A stretch of DNA of 64,000 nucleotides from Candidatus Omnitrophota bacterium. Lineage in GTDB: Bacteria > Omnitrophota > Gorgyraeia > JAGLLT01. This document shows, in pieces, positions 40,245-50,600 of the stretch. The first letter of the stretch is position 1, and each line of letters opens with the position of its first letter. The notes beneath the pieces are model-generated. The model was given only the letters and a program-made list of their open reading frames with translations, was not told the DNA's origin and did no database searches. A program made the translations under genes and the position numbers. The DNA is taken from NCBI GenBank assembly GCA_030632085.1, contig DAOVJY010000001.1, forward strand, positions 271,402 through 335,401. The letters run 5' to 3'.

Positions 40245-40391
40245 TTAAAACCTTTTTTTCTCTTTTTTTTCTATCTGCACAACTTCCGAATTATGTATCG
40301 TGACCACCACCTCTCCAAAGTTAATTTGTTCTATGCAATTAATGATTTCCTCTAAAATGTTCTTGTCTTTATTATTCTGAGAGTCATTCAT
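40245..40391 (-). CDS. DUF2292/YezD-like small protein (48 aa), absent from the ORF track
   Basis: Translation gives MNDSQNNKDKNILEEIINCIEQINFGEVVVTIHNSEVVQIEKKEKKRF, which matches the YezD pattern GEVxIxVxDGKVVQIEKxEK. It overlaps the upstream small ORF by 8 nt. Confidence 0.5.
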   Translation of the reverse strand: MNDSQNNKDKNILEEIINCIEQINFGEVVVTIHNSEVVQIEKKEKKRF

Positions 40392-40593
40392 TTTTATTCT
40401 GTCCTGTTATTTCCGAAAGTCCTTTTTCTATAAATTTTGAACAGGCATTTCTAATCAAATAAGCAAATCCCATAAACGCTTCTTCTGAAAAATGCAAAGA
40501 AACGCCTTTTAAATTTATATGGATATTTCCACAAGGGCATTTGAAAACATTACCCACTTTTTCAGTTTTCTCGAGATAATTAACTTCATCCAT
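40384..40593 (-). CDS. Hypothetical small Cys-containing protein (69 aa)
   Basis: An ORF with a CPCG motif. It is the first gene of the putative DtxR-controlled operon. Confidence 0.35.
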   Translation of the reverse strand: MDEVNYLEKTEKVGNVFKCPCGNIHINLKGVSLHFSEEAFMGFAYLIRNACSKFIEKGLSEITGQNKNE

Positions 40594-40631
40594 AATAAAG
40601 CTTCCCTTCTTTTTAAATTTGATGATAATTG

Positions 40632-40646
40632 TTAGATGTCTCTAAC
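40632..40646. promoter_or_regulatory. Candidate DtxR-family operator TTAGA-N4-TCTAAC upstream of the small-ORF/TonB-dependent-receptor/exbBD/tonB operon
   Basis: ttagatgtctctaac has the same TTAGA-N4-TCTAA palindrome as the site upstream of dtxR. Its architecture matches the IdeR/DtxR box core TTAGG-N4-CCTAA. Confidence 0.4.
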
Positions 40647-40663
40647 TTTACAATCAAAAAAAA

Positions 40664-41161
40664 TTATGGTTCTTTCTTTTCTGTCGCAAGCTCACGCATC
40701 TTACATTTAGGCCTCTTACCCGTTTTTATATAATAGTTGAATCCCTTTAGCCATTCGGGCTTCTTGCCATTTAAATCACCTTCAACAAACTGCATAAATT
40801 TAGCTAATTTGCTAAATGTTTGCGAACTAATAGCATGCTCCATTTTACACGCGTCTTCACTTGCAATACCTTTATTAATGCCCAAAACAGTTGAAAGAAA
40901 CTTTAATAACGCGTCATGCTTGCTTTGGATATTCCCGGCAACTTCTTCCCCATCCGGAGTGAGTTTCACGTACCCATATCTTTCATGATCAACATATCCT
41001 TTTCCGGAGAGTGTCTTGAGGGCCGCGTTAACACTTGAACTTTTAACCCCAATAGATTGGCTAATATCACGTACTCGCACTACGTCATTTTCCTTTTTCA
41101 AGGCAGCGATAGCCTCTAAATAATCTTCCATATTTGAACTTAATTTTCTATCTCTCATCAC
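40664..41161 (-). CDS. DtxR/MntR-family metal-dependent transcriptional regulator
   Basis: An N-terminal wHTH (MEDYLEAIAALKKENDVVRVRDISQSIGVKSSSV) and a metal-binding/dimerisation domain. Confidence 0.85.
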   Translation of the reverse strand: MMRDRKLSSNMEDYLEAIAALKKENDVVRVRDISQSIGVKSSSVNAALKTLSGKGYVDHERYGYVKLTPDGEEVAGNIQSKHDALLKFLSTVLGINKGIASEDACKMEHAISSQTFSKLAKFMQFVEGDLNGKKPEWLKGFNYYIKTGKRPKCKMRELATEKKEP

Positions 41162-41228
41162 TGATCTTCACCTGATAATTCACCTTATTTTAGACACATC
41201 TTTAATTTTTAGACTAATCTAACAAATT

Positions 41229-41243
41229 CTTAATTCTTTGTCA
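41229..41243. promoter_or_regulatory. Candidate autoregulatory DtxR-family operator TTAGA-N4-TCTAAC
   Basis: ttagactaatctaac, in the promoter region of the dtxR-like gene. Confidence 0.4.
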
Positions 41244-41290
41244 AGTATTTTTTTAAAGCATCTTATTCCTATTTGAATTATTCTCCAACA

Positions 41291-41363
41291 AATAACCCGA
41301 AAGAACTTAATCTTTCGGGTTAATGATTATAGTACCCTAAACTTATGCTAAACATAACGGATA
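41291..41363 (-). repeat. Degenerate copy (a) of the box-plus-terminator repeat family, 3' of the patatin gene
   Basis: The hairpin AACCCGAAAG-aacttaat-CTTTCGGGTT is identical to that of copy (d). The adjacent box tagtaccctaaacttatgctaaacataacggata has about 22/36 identity to the consensus. Confidence 0.5.
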
Positions 41364-41390
41364 ATTTAATTTTACAAAAAATTAGACTGT

Positions 41391-42383
41391 TTATATTAAT
41401 TTTTGTAAATTCGAAATTATTTCTTCTGTAGCTTTATATCCTTCCAGTATCGCCTCTTTTCCTCGATAAAATTCTAATGACGCGATATTCCTTGTATCAG
41501 GAAATATTGTAAAATCCGCTTCTAAACCTTTTAACTCCGCTATTTCATACTCCATTATATAAAATGCTTGTATTATTGTATCAAATAGATTGGGTGTATT
41601 AGGGTCTATTTTTTGGGTTTCTTTGTAAACTTTTGCTTTAAAAGTATCCATAAATTTTTGGAAACTCTGGATTTTATCTTTATTTTCCTGAATAAGCATA
41701 CTAATTTTATTATTTAACGCTGCCGGAGTCGCGTTTTTTATCTGCGCTTTAGTTAAAAAAGAATTCTTTTGTTTTTTTGCAGGAGGCTCAGTGTATTTTC
41801 TTTTTAGGCGTTTATGAATTACATTACAAGCAATAACAAACGTCGCGCCCATGTCTTTAACAACATTAACCGGAACAGGATTTATTATACCGCCATCCAT
41901 TAAAAATCTACTTTTGAACTTCACCGGTGTAAATATGGCCGGAATGGAAGTGCTGGCCCTCACCGCTTCCGCTACCGACCCTTCCTTTATTCTTATTTCC
42001 TCGCCAGTATCAACATCTGTAGCCACTATAACCAATGGAATTTTTAAATCTTTGAATTCAATATCACCAATAATAGCTCTTAATAATTTTTTAACTTTCT
42101 GCCCATGAATAAAACCTTTAAACATAAGCGCTAAATTAGGATCCGCCAACTGAAGCAATTGCTTAAAATCTACTTTTAAGATCATCTCCTCAAAGTCAGC
42201 TATATCTCCTTTTCTAGCATAGCAAGCGCCAACAAGCGCGCCCATACTTGAACCTGCCAACAAATCTATAGGTATATTGTTTTCTTTTAAGGCCTTTAAA
42301 ACTCCAATATGAGCCAAGCCTCTTGCCGCGCCACTACCTAAAGCCAATCCTATTTTAGATTTTTTCTTTTCAAAAAATTTCAT
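41391..42383 (-). CDS. Patatin-like phospholipase
   Basis: GLALGSGAARGLAHIG (oxyanion hole), GSSMG (GxSxG) and DGG. Confidence 0.85.
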   Translation of the reverse strand: MKFFEKKKSKIGLALGSGAARGLAHIGVLKALKENNIPIDLLAGSSMGALVGACYARKGDIADFEEMILKVDFKQLLQLADPNLALMFKGFIHGQKVKKLLRAIIGDIEFKDLKIPLVIVATDVDTGEEIRIKEGSVAEAVRASTSIPAIFTPVKFKSRFLMDGGIINPVPVNVVKDMGATFVIACNVIHKRLKRKYTEPPAKKQKNSFLTKAQIKNATPAALNNKISMLIQENKDKIQSFQKFMDTFKAKVYKETQKIDPNTPNLFDTIIQAFYIMEYEIAELKGLEADFTIFPDTRNIASLEFYRGKEAILEGYKATEEIISNLQKLI

Positions 42384-42401
42384 TTACAATTTTGCTCCTG
42401 A

Positions 42402-44084
42402 TTACAGCTTTCCTGAACGTAATATAGCTATGGCCAACCATAGCCCCATAAAACCGGCAATAAGAAAGCCCAAGATACCCAGCACAGGAAAATCCATAAA
42501 GAGAGGGCCCTTGTCGGTTTGCATTATTATGGAAGAACCGACAATTAGAGAAGCGATAATTACGCTAAAGGTAATCCGGTTGCTTACCTTATCCATCTGT
42601 AAAATTAAATTCTCCAGCCCCTTATGCTCAAATTCTACTACAAGACTCCCTTTTTTTATCTTACCGAGAACTAAACTTATATCCCGCGGCAGTGAACTTG
42701 TAAGAGCGTAAAGTCCTCTTGCAAACCGTTTTATTTCCCTGGCTATCCTTTTGGGATTATATTTTTGTTTTATGAGTTTCTCTATAAACGGTTTTGTTCT
42801 GGTAACCATATTAAAGTCAGGGTCTAATTTTCTGCCAATACTCTCAATGGTTATTAGAGCTTTTGCCAAAAGAAATAAATCAGGCGGTATCTTTATCCTG
42901 TTTTGTGAAATAACCTCTATTATATCGGTCAAAAACTTCCCCATCCTCAATTCTTTTAGGGAAATAGTATAATAACTCTCCATAAAATCCGCGAGATCCA
43001 ATTCCAACCGCCTGCTGTCCGCTTCATCCACCGCGCCCATTAACATAAATACCTGCGCTATTTCAGATACATCCCTCTCAATAAAAGCAATCAAAATAGC
43101 GGCAATCTGTTCTTTTGTCTTTTCGTCAACGCGTCCTGCCATACCGCAATCTAAAAAGGTAACTCCATTGTTATCTATGGCAAATATATTTCCTGGGTGT
43201 GGATCAGCATGAAAAAAACCGTCTATAAAAATCTGCTTTAAGACAGCGTTAGCCCCAGTTATAGCGAGTTGTTTTCTGTCCAATCCCGATTTATTTATTT
43301 TTTCTACGTCGTTTATTTTTATTCCGTTAATTTGTTCTATGGTTAAAATTTTCTTGCTTGACAAATCATGAAATACCGCGGGAAAGCATACCTTTTCATT
43401 ATCCTTAAAGTTTCTTCTAAAGATATCAATATTTCGAGCTTCCCTGTTAAAATCCACTTCTTTTAAAATTGTTTTTCTAAATTTATCTATTACTTCGACG
43501 GGATTATAAATTTTGCTTTCTTCGATATATTTCTCTGCTAATTTAGCCAAACTATACAAAATCTCTAAATCTGTGGTAATTATCTTTTTTATGCCTGGCC
43601 TTTGAACCTTCACTACAACCTTCTGGCCACTCCTTAACTCAGCTATATGAACCTGAGCTAAAGACGCGGCGGCTATAGGTTCAGGAGAAAATTTCTTATA
43701 TATCTTTTTAATAGGCTGTTTAAACTCACTACTGATTTGCTCCTCAACTTTTTCATACTCAAACGGAGGAACTTTGTCCTGCAGCTTCTCAAGCTCCTCG
43801 CAGAACTCTACAGGAATAAGGTCGGCGCGAGTACTTAAAATCTGTCCTAATTTAATAAATGTTGGCCCCAACTCTTCCAATACCTTGCGCGCCCTAACTG
43901 CAACAGTCTGATCAAAAACGTCTAACCTCCTGATAGGCTTAATGTTAATGACTTTTTTGCCTATAACATTTTGCTCAATATGCAAACGGTCAACAAGATA
44001 ACCAAAACCATATCTAATAAAAACATGTAGTATCTGACGCAGCCTCCGGACATTATGAACTTTCCGCGTAATATCCCTTAACAT
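42402..44084 (-). CDS. ABC1/UbiB-family atypical protein kinase
   Basis: An ABC1 domain (AAASLAQVHIA, HADPHPGN) with two C-terminal TM helices. Confidence 0.85.
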   Translation of the reverse strand: MLRDITRKVHNVRRLRQILHVFIRYGFGYLVDRLHIEQNVIGKKVINIKPIRRLDVFDQTVAVRARKVLEELGPTFIKLGQILSTRADLIPVEFCEELEKLQDKVPPFEYEKVEEQISSEFKQPIKKIYKKFSPEPIAAASLAQVHIAELRSGQKVVVKVQRPGIKKIITTDLEILYSLAKLAEKYIEESKIYNPVEVIDKFRKTILKEVDFNREARNIDIFRRNFKDNEKVCFPAVFHDLSSKKILTIEQINGIKINDVEKINKSGLDRKQLAITGANAVLKQIFIDGFFHADPHPGNIFAIDNNGVTFLDCGMAGRVDEKTKEQIAAILIAFIERDVSEIAQVFMLMGAVDEADSRRLELDLADFMESYYTISLKELRMGKFLTDIIEVISQNRIKIPPDLFLLAKALITIESIGRKLDPDFNMVTRTKPFIEKLIKQKYNPKRIAREIKRFARGLYALTSSLPRDISLVLGKIKKGSLVVEFEHKGLENLILQMDKVSNRITFSVIIASLIVGSSIIMQTDKGPLFMDFPVLGILGFLIAGFMGLWLAIAILRSGKL

Positions 44085-44141
44085 AAAACTAAAACTCCTA
44101 CACAGGAACCTCTCTCTGACTAAAGATAAGGTCCTCTTATT

Positions 44142-44429
44142 TTATTTTTTCCTTAGTTTTTCAATCTCGGACTTAAGTTCATTAAGCTCTTTGCGAGTGG
44201 GCAAGTCTAATTTTTCGAAAATTGCTTTAACCATCTTCTCAACATGAACCTCAATGTCCTTTTTTCCTTCTTTTCCTTTATCGACCAGTTCCTTGACCAA
44301 CTTTTCACCTTCTTCTTGACCTACTTCACCTTTCTTAACCAGCTCATCAACAACCGCCTCTACTTTTTCCTTGGTTACCACCAGTGCTCCCAACCCCAAA
44401 TTTACCGCTTTCTCCAGAAAATCCTTCAC
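44142..44429 (-). CDS. Phasin-like protein (COG3937 family), commonly adjacent to ABC1 kinases
   Basis: MKDFLEKAVNLGLGALVVTKEKVEAVVDELVKKGEV... is Lys/Glu-rich and helical. Confidence 0.55.
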   Translation of the reverse strand: MKDFLEKAVNLGLGALVVTKEKVEAVVDELVKKGEVGQEEGEKLVKELVDKGKEGKKDIEVHVEKMVKAIFEKLDLPTRKELNELKSEIEKLRKK

Positions 44430-44554
44430 AACTACTGCTCTCCTTTCTGCTTGTTTTACTCAGATATTTCCTTTTATACATTTTCTATTTTGTATAATAT
44501 CGTACAGGCATATTATATCATAAATATTATGCCGCAAACTCATTTAAATCTTTG

Positions 44555-45427
44555 TTACTCATTCTTTGCATCCTGCCACAAATTTCTTATCCAGTACCAT
44601 TGCTCGGGATATTTTTCAATATATCCTTTAAAAAAATTAAAAAGTTTTTCAACGGTCGCTTCAAGACTTTTTTCCCTGTTCTGTTTCGTCTCTATTGTTT
44701 CAGGACTCCCTATAATAATTTTATGAGTATCGTTGCTCTGCCTAATTATCACTGCCGGTAAGATTGGTATATCCTGCTTTTGAGCAAACGCGAAAGCCCC
44801 TCGCATTATCCTGATTTCTCTTCCCCAACAATTAAGCCTTACCCCTTTATTGCCGCCGCTTAAATCAACCATCATAGCCACTATTTCGTTTCGCTTAAGC
44901 GCATTCAGAATATCTTTAGCGGCATGATGGGAGTAAATAATCCTAACGCCCTTAGCTTGTCTTGTAGCTTGAAATAACTTGTCGACTCTTTTATTCACAT
45001 CTTCCCAAACCACAACATTTATGCTGTAACCCTTAAGCGCCAGAAGAGATGCGGCAAATCCGCCGTTTCCTATATGAAGTCCGGCCAATATAGCTCCCTT
45101 GCCCTCCTGTAAAACGGCATCTAAATTCTCCTGCCCCGCGATTTCAACGCAATTATTTAAATAATCTTTGTTTAATTTCGGGATGCGAAAAAAATCCACA
45201 AGACTTTTATTAAAGTCCTCAAAGCCGGCTCGAATTATCCTTTGGGCCCGTTTATGTGTAACTTTACCCTCAAATATCCTTTCAATAATTTTCGTCCGCT
45301 CCTGTCTGTCTTTTCTCCTCAAAAGATAAGCAACCCCGCCAACCCTTTTAGCTATCCGGTAGCTTGCCTTTAGGGGTAACCTCAGAATCAATTTTTCATA
45401 AAGCCGATAGATAAAATAGATTATCAC
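44555..45427 (-). CDS. Lysophospholipid/lipid A acyltransferase, LpxL/HtrB family
   Basis: An N-terminal anchor and a lipid A biosynthesis acyltransferase-like region (GAILAGLHIGNGGF). Confidence 0.65.
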   Translation of the reverse strand: MIIYFIYRLYEKLILRLPLKASYRIAKRVGGVAYLLRRKDRQERTKIIERIFEGKVTHKRAQRIIRAGFEDFNKSLVDFFRIPKLNKDYLNNCVEIAGQENLDAVLQEGKGAILAGLHIGNGGFAASLLALKGYSINVVVWEDVNKRVDKLFQATRQAKGVRIIYSHHAAKDILNALKRNEIVAMMVDLSGGNKGVRLNCWGREIRIMRGAFAFAQKQDIPILPAVIIRQSNDTHKIIIGSPETIETKQNREKSLEATVEKLFNFFKGYIEKYPEQWYWIRNLWQDAKNE

Positions 45428-45429
45428 AG

Positions 45430-47100
45430 TTAATCAACTTTCCGCTTAGATAAACTAACCCCGGATTTTTTTAAATAAGCATCTATGGTATCCATAATTA
45501 AAACAGCACTTTTTACGGCCGCAAGCGGTTTGGCGACAGCCATTGCTTTTCTTCTCATTTGTTTCAAGCGGGTAGGATTTTCAAGTAACATTTGAATCAT
45601 ATCAGGCAGCTCACTTATTTTTTCTATCTTACAGGCAGCGCCTTTACTAATTAGATATTCACCATTAGCCTCTTCCTGCCCCGGTATTACGTTTATGAGT
45701 ATAGCCGGCAGCCCCTTAGTCAACAGTTCCGAGCTAATAAGCCCTCCCGGTTTGGTTACGGCAATGTCAGATACACTCATAAGCTCATCAATATTACAAA
45801 TATAGCCGTAAATCTTAAGAAGTATTTTTAATTTTGGTAAACTTTTCTCTAACCTCTTTTTTAACATTTTGTTCTTGCCGGTTACGACAATAAGTTGGAG
45901 TTTCATCTTTGAACTATTTAAATGTGTCACAGCTTTAACAATCGGCCCCAGTCCCCAGCCTCCGCCCATTATAAGAACAACCGGCAAATCTTCCTCCAGA
46001 TGCAGTTTCTTTTTTAAGTCGGAGATATTTTGTTCCTGAGAAAAAAGCGGGTGAACGGGAATCCCAAAAGCGTAAACTTTATCTTCCGCTATTCCCTGAG
46101 CCATAAACTTTTTCTTTATCTCATTCGTCGGCACAATAAACTTATCTATGTGTTCATTAAACCAATAAGGATGAACATCATAATCAGTCACCACCGCTAT
46201 CAGCGGCGCGGAAATCTTTCCGTTTTCCTTAAGAATTGAAGTGAATCTGGAAGAAAGTGCTTGCGTGCAAACTATCGCGTTAGGGTTAAAATCGTTAATA
46301 GCTCTTTCGTATTTTTTGATTAACGGTATACTTAGAAAGCGGCTGGCCGGTTTTCTTCCGGGATCTTTCTTTTGAGCATTATATACATAATTTAAAGCCT
46401 GCCGCATCAGTTGAATTGTTTTTACGTAGACTTTGGCTGCTACCTTCTCAATGATGGGCAAAAGATAATCAAAATAAGTATCAGTTTGCGTTTTAAGGGA
46501 CTTAGGACTTATTATTTTCAGCGCCGCCTGAATAGCCTCAGCGGCCCGCTTGTGCCCGGACCCAATAGAAGTTGTAAGAAAAAGTATTCGCTTTTCTTCA
46601 GCAATTTTTTTCTTATTTTTTAGATAATCGCCTAATAAATCATCTAAAGCTTCCGCTTGACTTTCATAAACCTGAACTACAGATTCCAGGTTTGCAATTT
46701 TTAAATATTCTTTTAAAACAGAAGTTATATTTACAATACCCAGTTTCCTATTACGCTTCTTAAGCTCATTTAAAAGTTTGATAAGTGAAGCTAAAGTAGC
46801 ACTATCCACATGAGTAACTTCTTTAAAATCCAGCAGGATATGTTTATCTAAATATTTTTCTATTTTGTTTTCAAAATTAGCACTTATAATAGGAAGCGCG
46901 TGAAAGTCTATAGATCCTTTTAATTTAATTATTACTAGAATGTCTATTTCTTTGATTTCTTTAACGTAAGTAAAAATCTTTCCATTTTTATTTTTGAAAA
47001 TGTCCCTTATGCTAAATATCTTAACATTCTTCTCTACGCCCTGCATTATTCGCCGTACCTTTACTCCGACTCTCTTTACACTGCGTTTATTAAACTTCAT
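45430..47100 (-). CDS. STAS domain fused to a GT28 (MGDG-synthase/UgtP-like) glycosyltransferase
   Basis: The N-terminal ~150 aa form a STAS domain. The C-terminal part has the MGDG-synthase N-terminal motif LFLTTSIGSGHKRAAEAI and a GT-B C-domain. Confidence 0.7.
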   Translation of the reverse strand: MKFNKRSVKRVGVKVRRIMQGVEKNVKIFSIRDIFKNKNGKIFTYVKEIKEIDILVIIKLKGSIDFHALPIISANFENKIEKYLDKHILLDFKEVTHVDSATLASLIKLLNELKKRNRKLGIVNITSVLKEYLKIANLESVVQVYESQAEALDDLLGDYLKNKKKIAEEKRILFLTTSIGSGHKRAAEAIQAALKIISPKSLKTQTDTYFDYLLPIIEKVAAKVYVKTIQLMRQALNYVYNAQKKDPGRKPASRFLSIPLIKKYERAINDFNPNAIVCTQALSSRFTSILKENGKISAPLIAVVTDYDVHPYWFNEHIDKFIVPTNEIKKKFMAQGIAEDKVYAFGIPVHPLFSQEQNISDLKKKLHLEEDLPVVLIMGGGWGLGPIVKAVTHLNSSKMKLQLIVVTGKNKMLKKRLEKSLPKLKILLKIYGYICNIDELMSVSDIAVTKPGGLISSELLTKGLPAILINVIPGQEEANGEYLISKGAACKIEKISELPDMIQMLLENPTRLKQMRRKAMAVAKPLAAVKSAVLIMDTIDAYLKKSGVSLSKRKVD

Positions 47101-47261
47101 CCTCTAAACCCTCCGCAAAATCTCCGTGCCTGCCATGCCCTTTTTATTCAGCTTTCCTTAAGAAGAATTCAGCACCTAAATCTTCCGCTCCTTAATTTTA
47201 CTCCAAATAAAAACCTTCCGCAATATATTTATTTGTAAACACCCTTTCTTACTACAAGCAA

Positions 47262-47298
47262 ATGCCCCTCCAAGTTAAGCGCTTACAGGGGCATTTAA
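47262..47298. other. Strong stem-loop (10-bp GC-rich stem) downstream of the acyl carrier protein gene
   Basis: AAATGCCCCT-ccaagttaagcgcttac-AGGGGCATTT. No clear U tract follows, so it may be an attenuator or RNA-processing site. Confidence 0.3.
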
Positions 47299-47335
47299 CC
47301 AACCCACAGTTGTAAAAAAAGGGGGCAAGGTAAAT

Positions 47336-47608
47336 TTATCTTGTATATAAATATTCTACTACACTCTCAATTGTTAAAAATTTCTCAGCAACGTCCTCTG
47401 GAATTTCTATGCCAAATTCTTCCTCGATAACTATCAAGACCCAAATATTTCCTAAAGAATCAATATTAAGATCTTCTTTAAAGCGAGTCCAAGGTTTTAT
47501 AGCTCTTTCAGAAATTTTAAATTCCTGTGACAAAGCTTTCTTTAATCTATTTAAAATTTCTTGACGCCGCATGGAAGGTACCTTTGATTTCTTCTTTAAA
47601 AATTTCAC
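47336..47608 (-). CDS. Acyl carrier protein (stand-alone, lipid-module associated)
   Basis: The phosphopantetheine-attachment motif DLNIDSLGNIWVL in a 90-aa acidic protein. Confidence 0.7.
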   Translation of the reverse strand: MKFLKKKSKVPSMRRQEILNRLKKALSQEFKISERAIKPWTRFKEDLNIDSLGNIWVLIVIEEEFGIEIPEDVAEKFLTIESVVEYLYTR

Positions 47609-47622
47609 TGTACTTTCAATTT

Positions 47623-50600
47623 TTATTCTTCTCCAATTAGTCTTTTACTTACTTCTTTTCTTGTTCGATGAGCAATGTCGTCTAAAATGCTATAAACTGT
47701 AGGAACAATTATTAGAGTTAGGAAAGTAGAAACTATTAACCCACCAATAACTGCTAAAGCCATAGGTGATCTTAATTCTGATCCTTCTGAAGAACTTATA
47801 GCCATAGGAAGCATTCCAAACATGGCCGTGGCCGCTGTTAATAAAACTGCTCTTAATTTAGTTACTCCACCCTGGATAAGTGCTTCATTTTTACTCATAC
47901 CCTTAGCTCTAAGCTGATTAACATAATCTACAAGGACTATGCCATTATTAACCACAACACCGACAAGAATAATGATACCCAAAAGAGAAACCATAGAAAG
48001 ACTATTGCCGGTTAATATCAATATCAAAATCACACCAATCAATCCAAAGGGAACAGTAAACATTACTGTAAGGGGATATACCAACGATTCAAACTGAGCG
48101 GCCATAATCATATATACCAAAATAAGAGCTAAAATAAATACGCTACCTAAGGCAATAAACGTCTCACGCATTCGTTTTGCCTCCCCGCCATATTCAATAA
48201 AATATCCTGAGGGTAAACGTGTCTCTTTTACCTTGGCTTTTATTTCATTTAATATGCTTCCCAAATCCCTGCCAGAGAAATTAGCGACAATAGATGCTTT
48301 TCTTTTCTGATTTTCCCGATAAAGCTTAACAGGGCCTTTCCCCTCTATAATTTTTGCCACATCTTCTAAATGATGTTGAGAACCAAGATTTGAAAAAATA
48401 ACCGCACGCTTCACATCATCAAAACTTTCAGCATCTTCATCTCTGTATTGTACCCGCAAATCAAACTCATCACCGGCTGTCCGGTAACGGGTAGCAACCT
48501 GGCCTTCAAAATTTGCCCGCATAATAGAAGCTATTTGAGCAACATTTAATCCTAATTGAGATGCTTTATCTCTATCTATCACAAACCGTAATTCCGGCTT
48601 ACCGCTTCGAAGGGTTGTATCTACATCATAAAGGCCTTCTATCGGCTTTATTTTGGCCGCAATTTCATTTGCTATCTGTTCCAATTTAATCAAATCCTTG
48701 CCAAATATTTTTATCTCGATAGGAATCTGCCCCGTACCTCCAGAGGTAATAAACCTGGCCAAATCAAGAAACTCGATTTTGGTTCCTTCGATTTGGGGGA
48801 ACTGTTTACGAATAGCATCTTGTATTTGCACACTCGAACGCTTTCGTTCACTCTTATCAACCAAATGAGCAAATATCATTGCCTCATTCACGCCGGTATT
48901 ACCTATTCCGCTGCCGCTAAAGGCGATATCTACCTTTGATCCTTCCATTAACCCCGTAAAAGTTCCCAAGACATCCGCTTCTTTTTGACGCATCATAATA
49001 TCTTCTACTTGTTTAACCACCCGGTCAGTTTCCTCCAAACTTGTACCAACAGGCGTCTTAACTTTAACTATAACTAATCCGGGGTCAATTACCGGCATAA
49101 ATTCTTTGCCCACGAAGGGCAAAAAGCACATACTTACGAAAAATATCGCTATGGCAGCCAGGGAAACCTTAACACGATGATGAAGAGCAATGGTAAGAGT
49201 TTTCTTATACCAATTTTTTAAAAAATTAAAACCCCTTTCTCCGAAATGGAGTTCATAATCTTTTTTCGCTTTTCTCTTAACAAATATCTTAGAGGCCATC
49301 ATCGGGATTAAAGTGAGGGCGGTAAATAATGAACCGATAAGCGCGAAGGTAACGGTAAGCGCCAATCCTTGAGAAAGTTTTCCCGCAATACCTGTAGCAT
49401 AGATTAATGGCAAAAAGACAGCGATAGTAGTAAGAGTAGAAGCAGTAATAGCCGCACCCACTTCACTTGTACCTACAATAGCAGCTTGATTTCTATTCTT
49501 ACCTTCCTCTAAATGCCGGAAGATATTTTCAATAACAATAATGGCATTGGAAACCAGCATACCTACGCCCAAGGCAAGGCCGCTCATGGTCATTATGTTC
49601 AAGCTGAAACCCGCGAAATACACAGCGATAAAGGTAGCTAAAATAGATAAGGGGATAGATAAGGCAATAGCCAGGGTTGGCCTCCAGTTACGTAAAAATA
49701 AAAAAAGAATTACAACTGCTAAAAGTCCACCCCAGAAACAATCACCGGCAGTGGTAGAAATCATCAATTGAGTAATCCTTCCCTGATCTAAAGCGGTATA
49801 TATCTTAATATCAGAGGGAAGGTCTTTTTTTACCTCTTTTAATTTTTTCTTTATGCCGCTTGCTACCTCTAAGTCATTTGCTCCCGATTCCTTAGTAACG
49901 GCTAATATAAGGCCGTTCTTTTTGTTGGTGCGGCTATAATTTCGGACCTCAGTATGGGTATCATAAACTTCAGCAAAATCCTTTAGATATACCGGCTTCT
50001 GCTCTCTGACAGTAATTACTGTATTTCTTATCTGATCTAAGTTTTCAAATTCTCCCAGTGTGCGTAATAGATATTCTGTATAACCCCTGGTTACATGCCC
50101 GCCGGAAAGATCGAGATTCTCATATCTTAAAATAGACACTACCTGCAAAATAGGGATATTGAGTGCTTTAAGTTTTTCTTTATCAATCCTTACCTGAATC
50201 TCCCTTTCCCTTCCCCCCATAATCATACAAGTAGCAACACCATCAACCATCTCAAGGCGGTCTTTTATCTGGTCTTTAACCAACGTTCTTAAATCTCTTA
50301 AATCTCTTTCTCCGGTAATTCCCAAAGCGATAATCGGAATAATTGATGGGTCAAACTTGATAACGATGGGTTTGTCTATACCCTCAGGAAGAAAGTCTTC
50401 AACTATCCCAATAGCGTCACGCATATCCTGAGCGGCAAAATCCACATTAGTACCCCACTCAAACTCCACCATTATAATAGAGATTTCTTCTTGGGAAATG
50501 GAATCCACGGTCTTAACATTCTTGACTTTGCTTACCGCTGCCTCAATGGGTTTTGTAACAAGGGTTTCTATATCTTCTGAAGCGGCGCCCTCATAGGTGC

